64,000 nt of DNA from Terriglobia bacterium (GTDB taxonomy: Bacteria > Acidobacteriota > Vicinamibacteria > Vicinamibacterales > CAVVIG01). Shown here piece by piece: positions 36,465-47,455 of the stretch. Location of the stretch: contig JAIQFX010000051.1 in the NCBI GenBank assembly GCA_020073005.1, positions 732-64,731 of the forward strand. The letters are read 5' to 3'. The stretch's first letter is position 1. Each line of letters opens with the position of its first letter. The notes below the pieces were generated by a model, which saw only the letters and a list, made by a program, of their open reading frames with translations, did no database searches and was not told where the DNA came from. The position numbers and the translations under genes are program-made.

Positions 36465-37805
36465 ATGCACCTTCTTCTAGTCGGAGTCAGTCACCGCACC
36501 GCGCCGGTCGAAGTGCGCGAGCGCGTGGACTTCCAGGCGCGCGGCGTCGCCGAGGCGCTCGGCGTGCTGGCCTCGCGCGGGTCGACGCGCGAAGCGGTCG
36601 TGCTGTCCACGTGCAACCGCGCCGAGCTGTACGTCGCCTGCGACGACGTCCAGCCGACGCGCGACGATCTCGTGGGCTTCGTCGGCGACTTCCACGGCCT
36701 CGCGCACGCAGACCTCGCGCCGCACGTCTACGACGTCAGCGATCTCGACGCGGCCCGCCATCTGTTCCGCGTCGCGGCAGGGCTCGACTCGCTCGTCGTC
36801 GGCGAGCCGCAGATCCTCGGTCAGGTGAAGGAAGCGCATTCAGTCGCCACCGAAGCGCACACCGTCGGGCCGGTGCTCAACCGGCTGTTCCACAGCTCGT
36901 TCGCCGTCGGCAAGCGCGTGCGGACCGAGACCGGCCTCGGCTCCGGCGCGGTGTCGGTGAGCTACGCGGCCGTCGCGCTGGCGCGCAAGATCTTCGGCGA
37001 CCTCACGGGCCGGAACGTCCTCGTCGTCGGCGCGGGCGAGATGGGCAAGCTGACCGCCCTGCACATGAAATCGCAGGGCGTGCACCACATGACGATCATC
37101 AGCCGGACGATGGCGCACGCGGCGCGGACGGCCGAGGCGATCGGCGGCGCGAGCGCGGCGCCGTGGGACGAGCTCGATGCGTCGCTCGGCGCGAGCGACA
37201 TCGTGATCACGGCGACCGGCGCGAGCGCGCCGATTCTCACGAAGGCGCACATCGAAGGCGTCATGCGCCGGCGGCGCAGCCGTCCCCTGTTCATCATCGA
37301 CATCGCCCTGCCCCGCGACGTCGAGTCCGCGGCCGGCGAGATCGAGCAGGTGTTCCTCTACAACATCGACGATCTGCAGGCAACCGTTCGCGAGAATCTC
37401 GCGCGGCGCGCCAGCGAGATGGTCCGCGCCGAAGCGATCGTCGCCGAGGAGATCGACAAGTTCGGCGCGTGGTTCCGCTCGCGGGGCGCGATTCCGACCG
37501 TCGTCGCGCTGCGCCAGCGCTTCGAGGCGATCCGCCAGGCGGAGCTCGAGCGCCTCGACTTCAAACTCTCCGCGCTGCCGCCGGAAGCCCGCACGCGCGT
37601 CGACGAGATCACGCATCTCATCGTCGAGAAGCTTCTGCTGACGCCGACCGAGCAGCTCAAGGCGGTCGGCGACGCCGACACGGTCGGCGCGTACACCGAG
37701 GCGCTCACGCGCCTGTTCGGCCTGCCCGAAGAGGGCGACGCGGAACGCACGGATACCGTCGAACCTTTCAACCCCGAACGACGCAATCGGCCGCGCTCGC
37801 GCTGA
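36465..37805 (+). CDS. hemA: Glutamyl-tRNA reductase
   Basis: 446 aa. MHLLLVGVSHRTAPVEVRE...VVLSTCNRAELY (catalytic Cys), and the NADPH-binding site VLVVGAGEMG. Confidence 0.92.
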   Translation: MHLLLVGVSHRTAPVEVRERVDFQARGVAEALGVLASRGSTREAVVLSTCNRAELYVACDDVQPTRDDLVGFVGDFHGLAHADLAPHVYDVSDLDAARHLFRVAAGLDSLVVGEPQILGQVKEAHSVATEAHTVGPVLNRLFHSSFAVGKRVRTETGLGSGAVSVSYAAVALARKIFGDLTGRNVLVVGAGEMGKLTALHMKSQGVHHMTIISRTMAHAARTAEAIGGASAAPWDELDASLGASDIVITATGASAPILTKAHIEGVMRRRRSRPLFIIDIALPRDVESAAGEIEQVFLYNIDDLQATVRENLARRASEMVRAEAIVAEEIDKFGAWFRSRGAIPTVVALRQRFEAIRQAELERLDFKLSALPPEARTRVDEITHLIVEKLLLTPTEQLKAVGDADTVGAYTEALTRLFGLPEEGDAERTDTVEPFNPERRNRPRSR

Positions 37806-38861
37806 ATGCCCGTGGCCCACGAACTCCGTCTCGGGACGCGCGGCAGTCAACTCGCCTTGTGGCAGGCCAACACCGTCGCCGCGCGGATCGCCGCCGCCGG
37901 CGGCCCGCCGTGCCGCGTCACGATCATCAAGACGTCCGGCGATCGCCTGCAGGACGCGCCGCTGTCGACGGTCGGCGGAAAGCGCCTGTTCGTGAAGGAA
38001 ATCGAGGACGCGCTGCTGCGGCGCGACGTCGATCTCGCGGTCCACAGCAGCAAGGACATGCCGGCGGTGCTGCCCGGCGGCCTCGCGATTGCGGGCGTCC
38101 TGCCGCGCGAGGATCCGCTGGACGCGGTGATTCTGCCCGCGACGGTCCGCCTGAAGGCGGACCCCACGGCATCAGGGGACGTGGCGTCCCGCGCGACACA
38201 CGTGGCGTCCGGCTTCAGCCGGACCGCAACGGTGGATGATCTCGTCGCGCATCTCGGGCCGGCACCGTCGATTGGCACCGGCAGCGTGCGGCGCATCGCG
38301 CAGTTGATGCGGCTGTTTCCCGGCGCGCGGTTCGCGCCGATTCGCGGGAACCTCGACACGCGGCTGCGGAAGCTCGATCAGCCGGCAGCGGAGGCTGGTA
38401 AGCTTGACGCCATCGTGCTGGCCGCGGCCGGACTGCGACGGCTCGGATTCGGCGCCCGCATTTCGATGACGCTGCCGGCCGCCTCGTGCGTGCCGGCGCC
38501 CGGGCAGGGCATCGTCGCAATCGAGATTCGCGAGGACGACGACGTGGTGCGGCGCGCGGTGGCGGCGATCGACGATCCACAGGCGGGCGCGGCGCTCGCG
38601 GCCGAGCGCGCGCTGGTGGAAACGCTGGGCGGCGGATGTCAGACGCCGGTCGGCGCGCTGGCGTCTCCGCTTCCGGGTGAGATGCTCGAGTTGACGGCGG
38701 TCGTCGTCGCACTGGACGGCAGTCGCGCCGTCCGCGCGCAGGCGCGAGGGTCGTGGAAGGAAGCGGCCGCGCTCGGCGCGCGCGCGGGCGCGGACCTGCT
38801 GCGCGACGGCGCGGGCGAGATTCTGGCCGAAGCGCAGCGGGCATCGTCAACGAACGACTAA
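37806..38861 (+). CDS. hemC: Hydroxymethylbilane synthase (porphobilinogen deaminase) carrying an in-frame palindromic insert
   Basis: 351 aa. Motifs LRLGTRGSQLALWQA, GDRLQD, GGKRLFVKEIE, VHSSKDMP, GTGSVRR, RGNLDTRL and GGCQTPVG. It carries an extra ~30 aa at 38145-38224. Confidence 0.92.
   Translation: MPVAHELRLGTRGSQLALWQANTVAARIAAAGGPPCRVTIIKTSGDRLQDAPLSTVGGKRLFVKEIEDALLRRDVDLAVHSSKDMPAVLPGGLAIAGVLPREDPLDAVILPATVRLKADPTASGDVASRATHVASGFSRTATVDDLVAHLGPAPSIGTGSVRRIAQLMRLFPGARFAPIRGNLDTRLRKLDQPAAEAGKLDAIVLAAAGLRRLGFGARISMTLPAASCVPAPGQGIVAIEIREDDDVVRRAVAAIDDPQAGAALAAERALVETLGGGCQTPVGALASPLPGEMLELTAVVVALDGSRAVRAQARGSWKEAAALGARAGADLLRDGAGEILAEAQRASSTND
38145..38224. repeat. Double-arm palindromic element (GTCCGSCTKMAGSCGGAC family) inserted in-frame in hemC
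   Basis: The arms are gtccgcctgaaggcggac (38145-38162) and gtggcgtccggcttcagccggac (38202-38224). Translated VRLKADPTASGDVASRATHVASGFSRT. Confidence 0.85.
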
Positions 38862-38952
38862 CGACTAACGACTAACGACTAACGACCAACGACTAACGAC
38901 CAACGACCAACGACCAACGACCAACGACTACCGACTCACGACTACTGACCAC
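38855..38952. repeat. Tandem heptamer array (CGACTAA/CGACCAA and degenerate units, about 14 copies) filling the hemC-cobA gap
   Basis: cgactaa x4, cgaccaa, cgactaa, cgaccaa x4, cgactac, cgactca, cgactac, tgaccac. The first unit contains the hemC TAA stop. The last unit ends 2 nt before the next ATG. Confidence 0.9.
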
Positions 38953-38954
38953 TG

Positions 38955-40487
38955 ATGTCCATCGTCTACTTAATCGGCGCCGGCCCTGGCGACCCGGGCC
39001 TCATCACGGTGCGCGGCATGCAGTGCCTCGCGGCCGCGGACGTCGTTCTCTACGACCATCTCGTCTCCGCGCGGCTGCTCCGCTACGCGCGCCAGGATGC
39101 CGAGACGATTGACGTCGGCACGGCGGCGCCTCAGCCGCTCGAGCAGGAAGCCATCTGTTATCTCCTCGCGGAGAAGGCGCGTGAAGGCAAGACCGTCGCG
39201 CGTCTCAAGTGGGGCGATCCGTTCGTCTTCGAGGGCGGCGGCAGCGAGGCGCTGTTCCTGCACGAGCAGGGCGTGCGATTCGAGGTCGTGCCCGGCATCC
39301 CGGCGGGCATCGCCGTGCCGACCTTCGCCGGCATCCCCATCACGTACGCCGGCGGTGGCGACACGCTGACGTTCATCCGCGGCCACGAAGACGCCGGCAA
39401 GACGCGCGCGGCGATCGACTGGACCAGCCTGGCGCGCCTCGACGGCACCATCGTCTGCTACGCGGGACCCGATCAGCTGCCCCGGATTCTGCACTCGCTG
39501 CTCTCGCACGGACGGCCCGGCGACGATTCGGCCGCCGTCGTCTACGACGGCACGCTGGCCACGCAGGAAACGATCGACGGGCCGCTGGCTGAGATCGCCG
39601 GCAGGCTCAAGGATTCGACCGATCGGCGGCCCGCGGTGCTGGTGGTCGGCCGCGTCGTCGCGCTGCGCGAGCATCTGCGATGGTTCGACAACCGGCCGCT
39701 CGTCGGCAAGCGCATCCTCGTGACCCGGCCGCGCGAGCAGGCCGCGGATCTGATCGATCGCCTGGAGTCGATGGGCGCCTCGACGATCGAAGCGCCGATG
39801 ATTCGCATCCTGCCGCCCGAGGACGACTACGCGGCGCTCGACGACGCGTGCGCGCGCGCGTCGGAGTTCGACTGGATCATCTTCACCAGCGCGAACGCGG
39901 CGGACGCGTTCGTCGCGCGCCTGCTGGCGGGACCGCACGATCTGCGCGCGCTCGGCGGCGTGAAACTGTGCGGCGTCGGCCCCGCGACGGCGGAGCGGCT
40001 CGCGCGCCACGGCCTGAAGATCGATCTCACGCCGTCCGAGTACCGCGCGGAAGCGGTCGTGCGCGCGATCACCGAGGCGCAGCCGGTGAAGGGACTCAAG
40101 GTCCTGCTGCCGCACGCGGACATCGGCCGCGAGCTGATCGCGGACGAGCTGCGCAAGCAGGGCGCCGAGGTCACGGAAGTCGTCGCGTATCGAACGGTGG
40201 AAGCGGAACCCGATCGCGAGGGCGAGCCCGACATCTATCGCATGCTGCTCGAGCGCCGGATCGACGTCGTCACGTTCACGAGCGGATCGGCGGTCCGCAG
40301 CTTCGTGCACGCGCTCGGCGCCGAGCCCGCGGCTGATCTCTTGAACGGCATCGTCGTCGCCGCGATTGGTCCGCTGACGGCGGAAGCGGCGGCGCAGTGC
40401 GACATCAAGACCGCGATCATGCCGGCGGCGCACACGGTCCCCGCGCTCGTCGACGCGATCGTGGAGTACTTCGGGAGGCAGGCATGA
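38955..40487 (+). CDS. cobA-hemD: Bifunctional uroporphyrinogen-III C-methyltransferase / uroporphyrinogen-III synthase
   Basis: 510 aa. The N-terminal half has [18 protein letters not shown]...[12 protein letters not shown] (TP_methylase). The C-terminal half (from about residue 255) is HemD-like ([10 protein letters not shown]...FTSANA...FTSGSAV). Confidence 0.85.
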   Translation: MSIVYLIGAGPGDPGLITVRGMQCLAAADVVLYDHLVSARLLRYARQDAETIDVGTAAPQPLEQEAICYLLAEKAREGKTVARLKWGDPFVFEGGGSEALFLHEQGVRFEVVPGIPAGIAVPTFAGIPITYAGGGDTLTFIRGHEDAGKTRAAIDWTSLARLDGTIVCYAGPDQLPRILHSLLSHGRPGDDSAAVVYDGTLATQETIDGPLAEIAGRLKDSTDRRPAVLVVGRVVALREHLRWFDNRPLVGKRILVTRPREQAADLIDRLESMGASTIEAPMIRILPPEDDYAALDDACARASEFDWIIFTSANAADAFVARLLAGPHDLRALGGVKLCGVGPATAERLARHGLKIDLTPSEYRAEAVVRAITEAQPVKGLKVLLPHADIGRELIADELRKQGAEVTEVVAYRTVEAEPDREGEPDIYRMLLERRIDVVTFTSGSAVRSFVHALGAEPAADLLNGIVVAAIGPLTAEAAAQCDIKTAIMPAAHTVPALVDAIVEYFGRQA

Positions 40488-41479
40488 ATCCCACGACGAC
40501 GCCTACCACGCTGAAACTCACGCGACGGCTCCGCCGCCTGCGTCACTCCGAATCGATGCGCGCGATGGTGCGCGAGACGCGGCTGTCGCCGGACATGTTC
40601 ATGCTGCCGCTCTTCGTCTGCGAGGGCGAAGGCGTCCGGCGCGAAGTGCCGTCGATGCCCGGCGTGTTCAACCTCTCGGTCGACGAGGCCGTGAAGGAAA
40701 CGGAAGGCGCGCAGCGCGACGGCGTGAAGAGCGTCATTCTCTTCGGCCTGCCCGATCACAAGGACGGCGTCGGGTCGGGCGCGTACGATCCGGAGGCGCC
40801 GGTGCAGTCGGCGATTCGCGCGATCAAGCGCGCCGTGCCCGGCGTGCTCGTCGTGACCGACGTGTGCCTGTGCGAGTACACCGACCACGGGCACTGCGGG
40901 ATCGTCGTCGACGAAGAGATCGTGAACGATCCGACCGTCGATCTCCTGGCGCGCGCGGCCGTGTCGCACGCGGCGGCGGGCGCGGACATCGTCGCGCCGT
41001 CGGACATGATGGACGGCCGCGTCGGCGCCATCCGCCAGGCGCTCGACGAGCGCGGATTCCAGAACACGGCGATCATGGCGTACGCGGCGAAGTACTGCTC
41101 CGCCTTCTACGGTCCGTTCCGCGACGCGGCCGCGTCGGCGCCGGCGTTCGGCGACCGCCGGTCGCATCAGATGGATCCCGCCAACAGCGACGAAGCGCTG
41201 CGCGAAGTCGCGCAGGACATCGAGGAAGGCGCCGACATCGTCATGGTGAAGCCGGCGGTCACGTACCTCGACGTGATCCGCCGCGTGAAGGACGCGTTCC
41301 ACTACCCGACCGCCGCGTATCACGTCAGCGGCGAGTACGCGATGCTCAAGGCCGCGGGGCGCAACGGCTGGATCGACGAGCGGCGCGCCATGCTCGAAAC
41401 GCTGACGTCCATCCATCGCGCCGGCGCGGACATCATCCTGACTTACTACGCGCGCGAAGCTGCAAAGGCGATCGCCTGA
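40484..41479 (+). CDS. hemB: Porphobilinogen synthase (delta-aminolevulinate dehydratase), Zn type
   Basis: 331 aa from the ATG at 40484 (ATGA overlap). Motifs [15 protein letters not shown], Cys-rich [24 protein letters not shown], and active-site Lys IVMVKPA. Confidence 0.92.
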   Translation: MNPTTTPTTLKLTRRLRRLRHSESMRAMVRETRLSPDMFMLPLFVCEGEGVRREVPSMPGVFNLSVDEAVKETEGAQRDGVKSVILFGLPDHKDGVGSGAYDPEAPVQSAIRAIKRAVPGVLVVTDVCLCEYTDHGHCGIVVDEEIVNDPTVDLLARAAVSHAAAGADIVAPSDMMDGRVGAIRQALDERGFQNTAIMAYAAKYCSAFYGPFRDAAASAPAFGDRRSHQMDPANSDEALREVAQDIEEGADIVMVKPAVTYLDVIRRVKDAFHYPTAAYHVSGEYAMLKAAGRNGWIDERRAMLETLTSIHRAGADIILTYYAREAAKAIA

Positions 41480-41480
41480 C

Positions 41481-42281
41481 ATGATCATCACGTCGCTGCT
41501 CCTCGCGGGACTCGTCGGCGGCGCGCAGGCGCCGTCGCCGGCGGCACCGCCGGCCGTGCGCATCGAGCTCAAGGACGACGGCATCACGCTGCCGCCGCGC
41601 ATCACGGCCGGACTGACGACGTTCAGCGTCGAGAACGCGGGCACCGGTCCGCACGACGCCCGCTTCGTTCGGATCACCGGCACGCACACGGTCGCCGACG
41701 TGTCCGCGTGGTTGAAGGCAGGCGGTGCGGTGCCCGAGTGGCTCGTGACGGCCGGCGGCGCCGGCGCGCTCGCGCCAGGCGGGAAAGAGGAATACACGTT
41801 CAACATCGCGCCCGGCTCGTACGTCGTCCTGTGCGGGCATCGCGGCGACGATGGCGCGACGCACGCCGAGAAGGGCGGATTCACGGCGCTGCAGGTCGAC
41901 GCCGGAAAATCGACGCTGCGTCCGCCCGACGCGGACCGCATCGTCACGCTGCGCGATCACGGCTTTCAGCTGACGGCGCCGATCGAGGGCGGCCGCTCGA
42001 CGTGGCACGTGCGCAACACGGGCAGCGAGCCGCATCAGATGTTGATCGTGAAGCTGGCCGACAGCGGCGGCGAGTATCCCGAGCGCGCGTGGTTCAACCA
42101 CGGCGCGCGCGGCCCGCGTCCGGGCCAGGCGGCCGGCGGCGTGCTCGAAGTGCCTCCGGGCGAAGAGGCGTGGATCCGCCTCGAGCTCGGGCCCGGGCAT
42201 TACCTTCTCTTATGCGCCGAGCAGGAAGAGGACGGCCAGCACTTCGACCTCGGGATGATCTACCGCTTCACGATTGAATAA
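41481..42281 (+). CDS. Exported protein with two tandem cupredoxin-like repeats (hypothetical)
   Basis: 266 aa with a signal-like N-terminus. There is an internal duplication: FSVENAGTGPHDARFVRI / WHVRNTGSEPHQMLIVKL, and GSYVVLCGHRGDDGATHAEKG / GHYLLLCAEQEEDGQHFDLGM. The second repeat has a His...Cys...His...Met pattern. Confidence 0.5.
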   Translation: MIITSLLLAGLVGGAQAPSPAAPPAVRIELKDDGITLPPRITAGLTTFSVENAGTGPHDARFVRITGTHTVADVSAWLKAGGAVPEWLVTAGGAGALAPGGKEEYTFNIAPGSYVVLCGHRGDDGATHAEKGGFTALQVDAGKSTLRPPDADRIVTLRDHGFQLTAPIEGGRSTWHVRNTGSEPHQMLIVKLADSGGEYPERAWFNHGARGPRPGQAAGGVLEVPPGEEAWIRLELGPGHYLLLCAEQEEDGQHFDLGMIYRFTIE

Positions 42282-42315
42282 GGTCCGGCGACGGCGCGGG
42301 AATATAATCCCGCTC

Positions 42316-43980
42316 GTGAAACATTCCAGCCTGGCGCTTCTCTCCACTGCCGGCCTCGTCGCGGCCCTTGTCGTATTGGTCTCGGCGCAGCAGCCCGCGC
42401 GGCCCTTCGACCTGCTCGTCACCAACGCGCGGATCATCGACGGCACCGGCGCACCGGCGGTCGCAGGATCGGTCGCCGTGCGTGACGGCCGCATCGCCGG
42501 CGTCGGACGCGTCACGGGCGCAGCTGCGCGCACGATCGACGCGCACGGGCTGGTGCTCGCGCCCGGATTCATCGATCCGCACTCGCACTCGGACTACGCG
42601 CTGCTGACCGACGGCAACGCGGAAAGCAAGATCCGCCAGGGCGTGACGACCGAAGTGATCGGTGAGAGCGGATCGGTGGCGCCGCAGAAACCGACCGCCG
42701 CGCGCAACTGGAGCGACTTCGCCGGCTACTTCGCCGCGATCGAGAAATCGAAGACCTCGGTGAACCTGCTGTCCTACATCGGCCTCGGCCAGGTGCGCGA
42801 GTTCGTGATGGGCAACGACGATCGCGATCCGACGCCGGACGAGCTCGCGAAGATGACCGCGGTCGTCGCTGACGCGATGAAGCAGGGCGCGTACGGCACG
42901 GCGACCGGACTCATCTACACCCCGAACGCGTACGCCAAATTGCCTGAACTGATCGCGCTCTCGAAACCCGCCGCAGCCGCGGGGGGGCTGTACGTCTCGC
43001 ACCTGCGCTACGACGGCGACAAATGGCGCGAAGGCATCGAGGAGGCGATCGCCGTCGGCGAAGGCGCGCACATGCCCGTACAGATCCTGCACCTCAAGAT
43101 CACCGGGGCTAAGAACTTCGGACGGATGAAGGACGCGATTGCGTTGATCGAAGCGGCACGGAAACGCGGCGTCGAAATCTCCGCGAATCAATATCCGTAC
43201 GTCGCGAGCAGCACCGGGCTCATCCAGACGATCCCGCCGTGGGCGCACGAAGGCGGCAACGCGAAACTCGTCGCGCGGCTCAAGGATCCGGCGACGCGCG
43301 AGCGCATCCGCAAGGAGATGGACGATCCGAACCCGACGTGGGAGAACCGGCTCATTTCGGCGGGCACGTGGCACAACGTGCAGATCGCGTCGCTGCCGTC
43401 GCGCACGGGCATGGACACCGGCTACAGGCGCTTCGAAGGCTGGCGCGTCGACGATGCCGCGAAAGAGATGGGCAAGGATCCGTACGACTTCGTCTTCGAG
43501 ATGCTGATCGCCAACGGCGGCAGCGTGAGCTGCGTGTGGTTCATCATCGACGAGAGCGATCTCAAGCTGGCGATGCAGCAGCCGTGGGTCTCCATCGGAT
43601 CGGACGGCTCGGCGCTCGCGACGTCCGGCCCGCTGCGGACGGGCGTGCCGCACCCGCGCAACTTCGGCACCTTCCCGCGCGTGCTCGGCAAGTACGTCCG
43701 CGAGGAGCACACGCTCACGCTCGAGCAGGCCGTCCACAAGATGAGCGGCCTGACCGCGTCGCAGCTCCACATCAAGGATCGCGGGCTCATCAAGGAGGGC
43801 ATGGCCGCGGATCTCGTGATGTTCGATCCGGCGACGGTCGCCGATCGCGCGACGTTCACGGATCCGTTTCAGTACCCCGTCGGCATCTCGACCGTCATCG
43901 TGAACGGCAAGGTCGTGCTCGACAACGGACGGCACACCGGCGAGCGGCCCGGCGTCGTGATCCGAGGACACGGAGTCTAG
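42316..43980 (+). CDS. D-aminoacylase-like amidohydrolase (exported)
   Basis: About 554 aa from the GTG at 42316 (MKHSSLALLSTAGLVAALVVLVSAQQ). The ORF track begins at a TTG at 42274 that overlaps the previous gene. Motifs DLLVTNARIIDGTGAP...VRDGRIAGVG...VLAPGFIDPHSHSD (HxH metal site). Confidence 0.75.
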   Translation: MKHSSLALLSTAGLVAALVVLVSAQQPARPFDLLVTNARIIDGTGAPAVAGSVAVRDGRIAGVGRVTGAAARTIDAHGLVLAPGFIDPHSHSDYALLTDGNAESKIRQGVTTEVIGESGSVAPQKPTAARNWSDFAGYFAAIEKSKTSVNLLSYIGLGQVREFVMGNDDRDPTPDELAKMTAVVADAMKQGAYGTATGLIYTPNAYAKLPELIALSKPAAAAGGLYVSHLRYDGDKWREGIEEAIAVGEGAHMPVQILHLKITGAKNFGRMKDAIALIEAARKRGVEISANQYPYVASSTGLIQTIPPWAHEGGNAKLVARLKDPATRERIRKEMDDPNPTWENRLISAGTWHNVQIASLPSRTGMDTGYRRFEGWRVDDAAKEMGKDPYDFVFEMLIANGGSVSCVWFIIDESDLKLAMQQPWVSIGSDGSALATSGPLRTGVPHPRNFGTFPRVLGKYVREEHTLTLEQAVHKMSGLTASQLHIKDRGLIKEGMAADLVMFDPATVADRATFTDPFQYPVGISTVIVNGKVVLDNGRHTGERPGVVIRGHGV

Positions 43981-44757
43981 GTGAGAGTCCCCCTCCGAGT
44001 CTCGGTGTCTCGGTGGCTGATCTCCCTCGGCGTTCTCTGCACGCTCAGCGCCCTCGTGTCCGCGCAGCACGCGGCCTTCCGGGTGAAGGGACGCGTCGTG
44101 ACCGAACGCGGCGAGCCGATTCCGCGCGCGGACGTGCGGCTCGAAGCGTTTTACGGATATTTCGCCGGCACGTTTGCAGGACAGCGCACGTTCTCGACGA
44201 CAACCGACGCCAAAGGTCTGTGGAGCGTCGGCGCGTTGCAGCCGGGCGTGTGGCTCTTCGAAGTGTTCGCGCCGAACTACATGCCGGAAACCGTCGTCCT
44301 GCCCATCCGCATCCTGACGACAGTCAGCATGGGCACGTCGGGCATGGCGCTGACGTGGGACCTGGTGCTGAAGCCCCAGCGCGTGTCCGACGACGCGCGC
44401 GGCACGCTGTTGACGGAAGCCGTCACCGTCGCCCGCGACAAGCAGGTCGAGAAAGTCCGCGAGATGCTGAGCCGCGTGCCCGACGACGCCGACGCCGACT
44501 TCCTGGCGGGAGCCGCGCGCATTGCGCTGGTCGCGCGGGACACCGACCTCGCGCGCCCGCTCTTCATGCGCGCGCTCGAACGCGACCCCTCGTCGTACCG
44601 CGCGGCGATGGGCATCGCGTCGTTGTTCCTCCTGCAGCGCGACTTCGACAGCGCCTCGCGGGCGTTCGACGCGACGCGCAATCGGACGCACGACAAGGAC
44701 GAGCAGAAATTCCTGACGGCCGCCATCGGCGACCTCGCGACCATCAAGATTCGCTAG
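43981..44757 (+). CDS. Hypothetical exported protein with a CarboxypepD_reg-like beta-sandwich plus a TPR-like tail
   Basis: 258 aa with a GTG start right after the previous TAG. Signal LISLGVLCTLSALVSAQ. Motifs VKGRVVTERGEPIPRADVRLE...TTDAKGLWSVGALQPGVWLFEV, then a helical region ...FMRALERDPSSYRAAMGIASLFLLQRDFDSA. Confidence 0.5.
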   Translation: MRVPLRVSVSRWLISLGVLCTLSALVSAQHAAFRVKGRVVTERGEPIPRADVRLEAFYGYFAGTFAGQRTFSTTTDAKGLWSVGALQPGVWLFEVFAPNYMPETVVLPIRILTTVSMGTSGMALTWDLVLKPQRVSDDARGTLLTEAVTVARDKQVEKVREMLSRVPDDADADFLAGAARIALVARDTDLARPLFMRALERDPSSYRAAMGIASLFLLQRDFDSASRAFDATRNRTHDKDEQKFLTAAIGDLATIKIR

Positions 44758-44781
44758 CCGACGTATCCTTGTGTCTTGACT

Positions 44782-46065
<1,284 letters not shown>

Positions 46066-46070
46066 GAACA

Positions 46071-46101
46071 GAAAAGTGAAAAATGAGAGTCTTCACTTTT
46101 C
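46071..46101 (+). terminator. Hairpin plus T-rich tract after hemL, built from CTGAAAA-family repeat arms
   Basis: gaaaagtgaa - 11 nt - ttcacttttc has a 10-bp stem and is followed by agttttctcttttcag. It lies between convergent hemL and rseP. Confidence 0.6.
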
Positions 46102-46128
46102 AGTTTTCTCTTTTCAGTCTTCAGTTTC

Positions 46129-47454
46129 CTATCGCCAGGGCATCAGGCGTTCGATCCAGCTGATGCGCGTCAGATCGTTGTAGATCACCGTCACCATCAG
46201 CATCATCAGCACGACCAGGCCCGCGAGCAGCATCTTCTCTTTCACGCGGATGCTGAAGTCGCGGCGCACGAGACCTTCGAGCCCCATGATGAAGATGTGC
46301 CCGCCGTCGAGCACGGGGATCGGCAGCAGGTTCAGGATGCCGAGGTTGAGGCTGATCATCGCCATCAGACTGAAGAGCGACATCCATCCCAGTTGCGCCG
46401 ACTCGCCCGACAACTGCGCGATCGCGACCGGGCCCATCAGCTGCCGCGGCGACGTCTCGCGCGTCAGCAGGCCCCACAGCGTCTGGAAGATCAGGCCGCC
46501 GTACTCGACGTTGCGCTGCGCGCTCATGCCGATCGCCTGCGCGACGCCCGGCTTGATCGTGACGTTGTCGTCGACGGGAATCACGCCGAGCCAGCCGACG
46601 GTGCCGTGTTTGCCGACGGCCACCGGAATGCTGCGCGCCACGCCGTCCCGCAGGACCGACAGCGTGATCGTCTGGTCGGGGTGCTTGGCGATCGTCTCGC
46701 GCAACTGCCAGTGGAACGTCACCGGCTGGCCGTCGGTGGCGACGATCACGTCGCCCGCCTTCAGGCCGCTCTTGTCCCCCGGATCTCCCGGCGTGATGGA
46801 TCGCAGGTGCGGGTGCACGTTGGGCAGGACGCCGATGTCGCCGATCTCGAGGCGGCCGGCGCCCGCAAGCTGGACGGTCGTCACCTTGCGCGACAGCTCC
46901 TGCCCGTCGCGCAGCAGCACCAGCGTCACCTCGCGATTGGGACGCGATCCGATCGCGACGAAGAACTGCTCCCACGTGCCGACGGCGTGATCCTGCACCG
47001 ACACGATACGGTCTCCGGATCGCACGTCGGCGCGCGCGGCCGGCGATCCAGCCGCGACGACGCCGACGACCGGCGGCTGATCTTCGTACGCGCCCTTCTC
47101 GACGCCCTGGAACAGCACGATGGCCGTCAGCACGAACGCCAGCAGGATGTTCATGGTCGGTCCCATGATTAGCACCTGGAAGCGCTGCCACTTGCTCTTC
47201 GACAGGAATTCGTCCGCCTGCCCCGTGCGCTCATCGTCCGGATTTTCGCCGGCCATCTTCACGTAGCCGCCGAGGGGCAGCGCGCCGACGCCGTACTCCG
47301 TGTCGCCGCGGCGGAAGCTCAGCACCGTGGGATTGAACCCGAGCTGGAATTTGAGGACGCGAATCCCGACGCGCTTGGCGGCGAGAAAATGGCCGAGCTC
47401 GTGCACGAACACGAGCACGCCAAGCACGAACAGGAACGCCAGTAATGTAGTCAC
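46129..47454 (-). CDS. rseP: RIP (site-2) zinc metalloprotease RseP
   Basis: 441 aa with a GTG start. Motifs HELGHFLAAK (HExxH), PDZ-like middle regions, and NLLPIPVLDGGH. Confidence 0.9.
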   Translation of the reverse strand: MTTLLAFLFVLGVLVFVHELGHFLAAKRVGIRVLKFQLGFNPTVLSFRRGDTEYGVGALPLGGYVKMAGENPDDERTGQADEFLSKSKWQRFQVLIMGPTMNILLAFVLTAIVLFQGVEKGAYEDQPPVVGVVAAGSPAARADVRSGDRIVSVQDHAVGTWEQFFVAIGSRPNREVTLVLLRDGQELSRKVTTVQLAGAGRLEIGDIGVLPNVHPHLRSITPGDPGDKSGLKAGDVIVATDGQPVTFHWQLRETIAKHPDQTITLSVLRDGVARSIPVAVGKHGTVGWLGVIPVDDNVTIKPGVAQAIGMSAQRNVEYGGLIFQTLWGLLTRETSPRQLMGPVAIAQLSGESAQLGWMSLFSLMAMISLNLGILNLLPIPVLDGGHIFIMGLEGLVRRDFSIRVKEKMLLAGLVVLMMLMVTVIYNDLTRISWIERLMPWR

Positions 47455-47455
47455 G

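Noticed and set aside
38855-38952. Possible CRISPR array (regular short repeats)
   Set aside because: The units are 7 nt and directly abutting with no spacers, and there are no cas genes in the window. It is a microsatellite-like tandem repeat.
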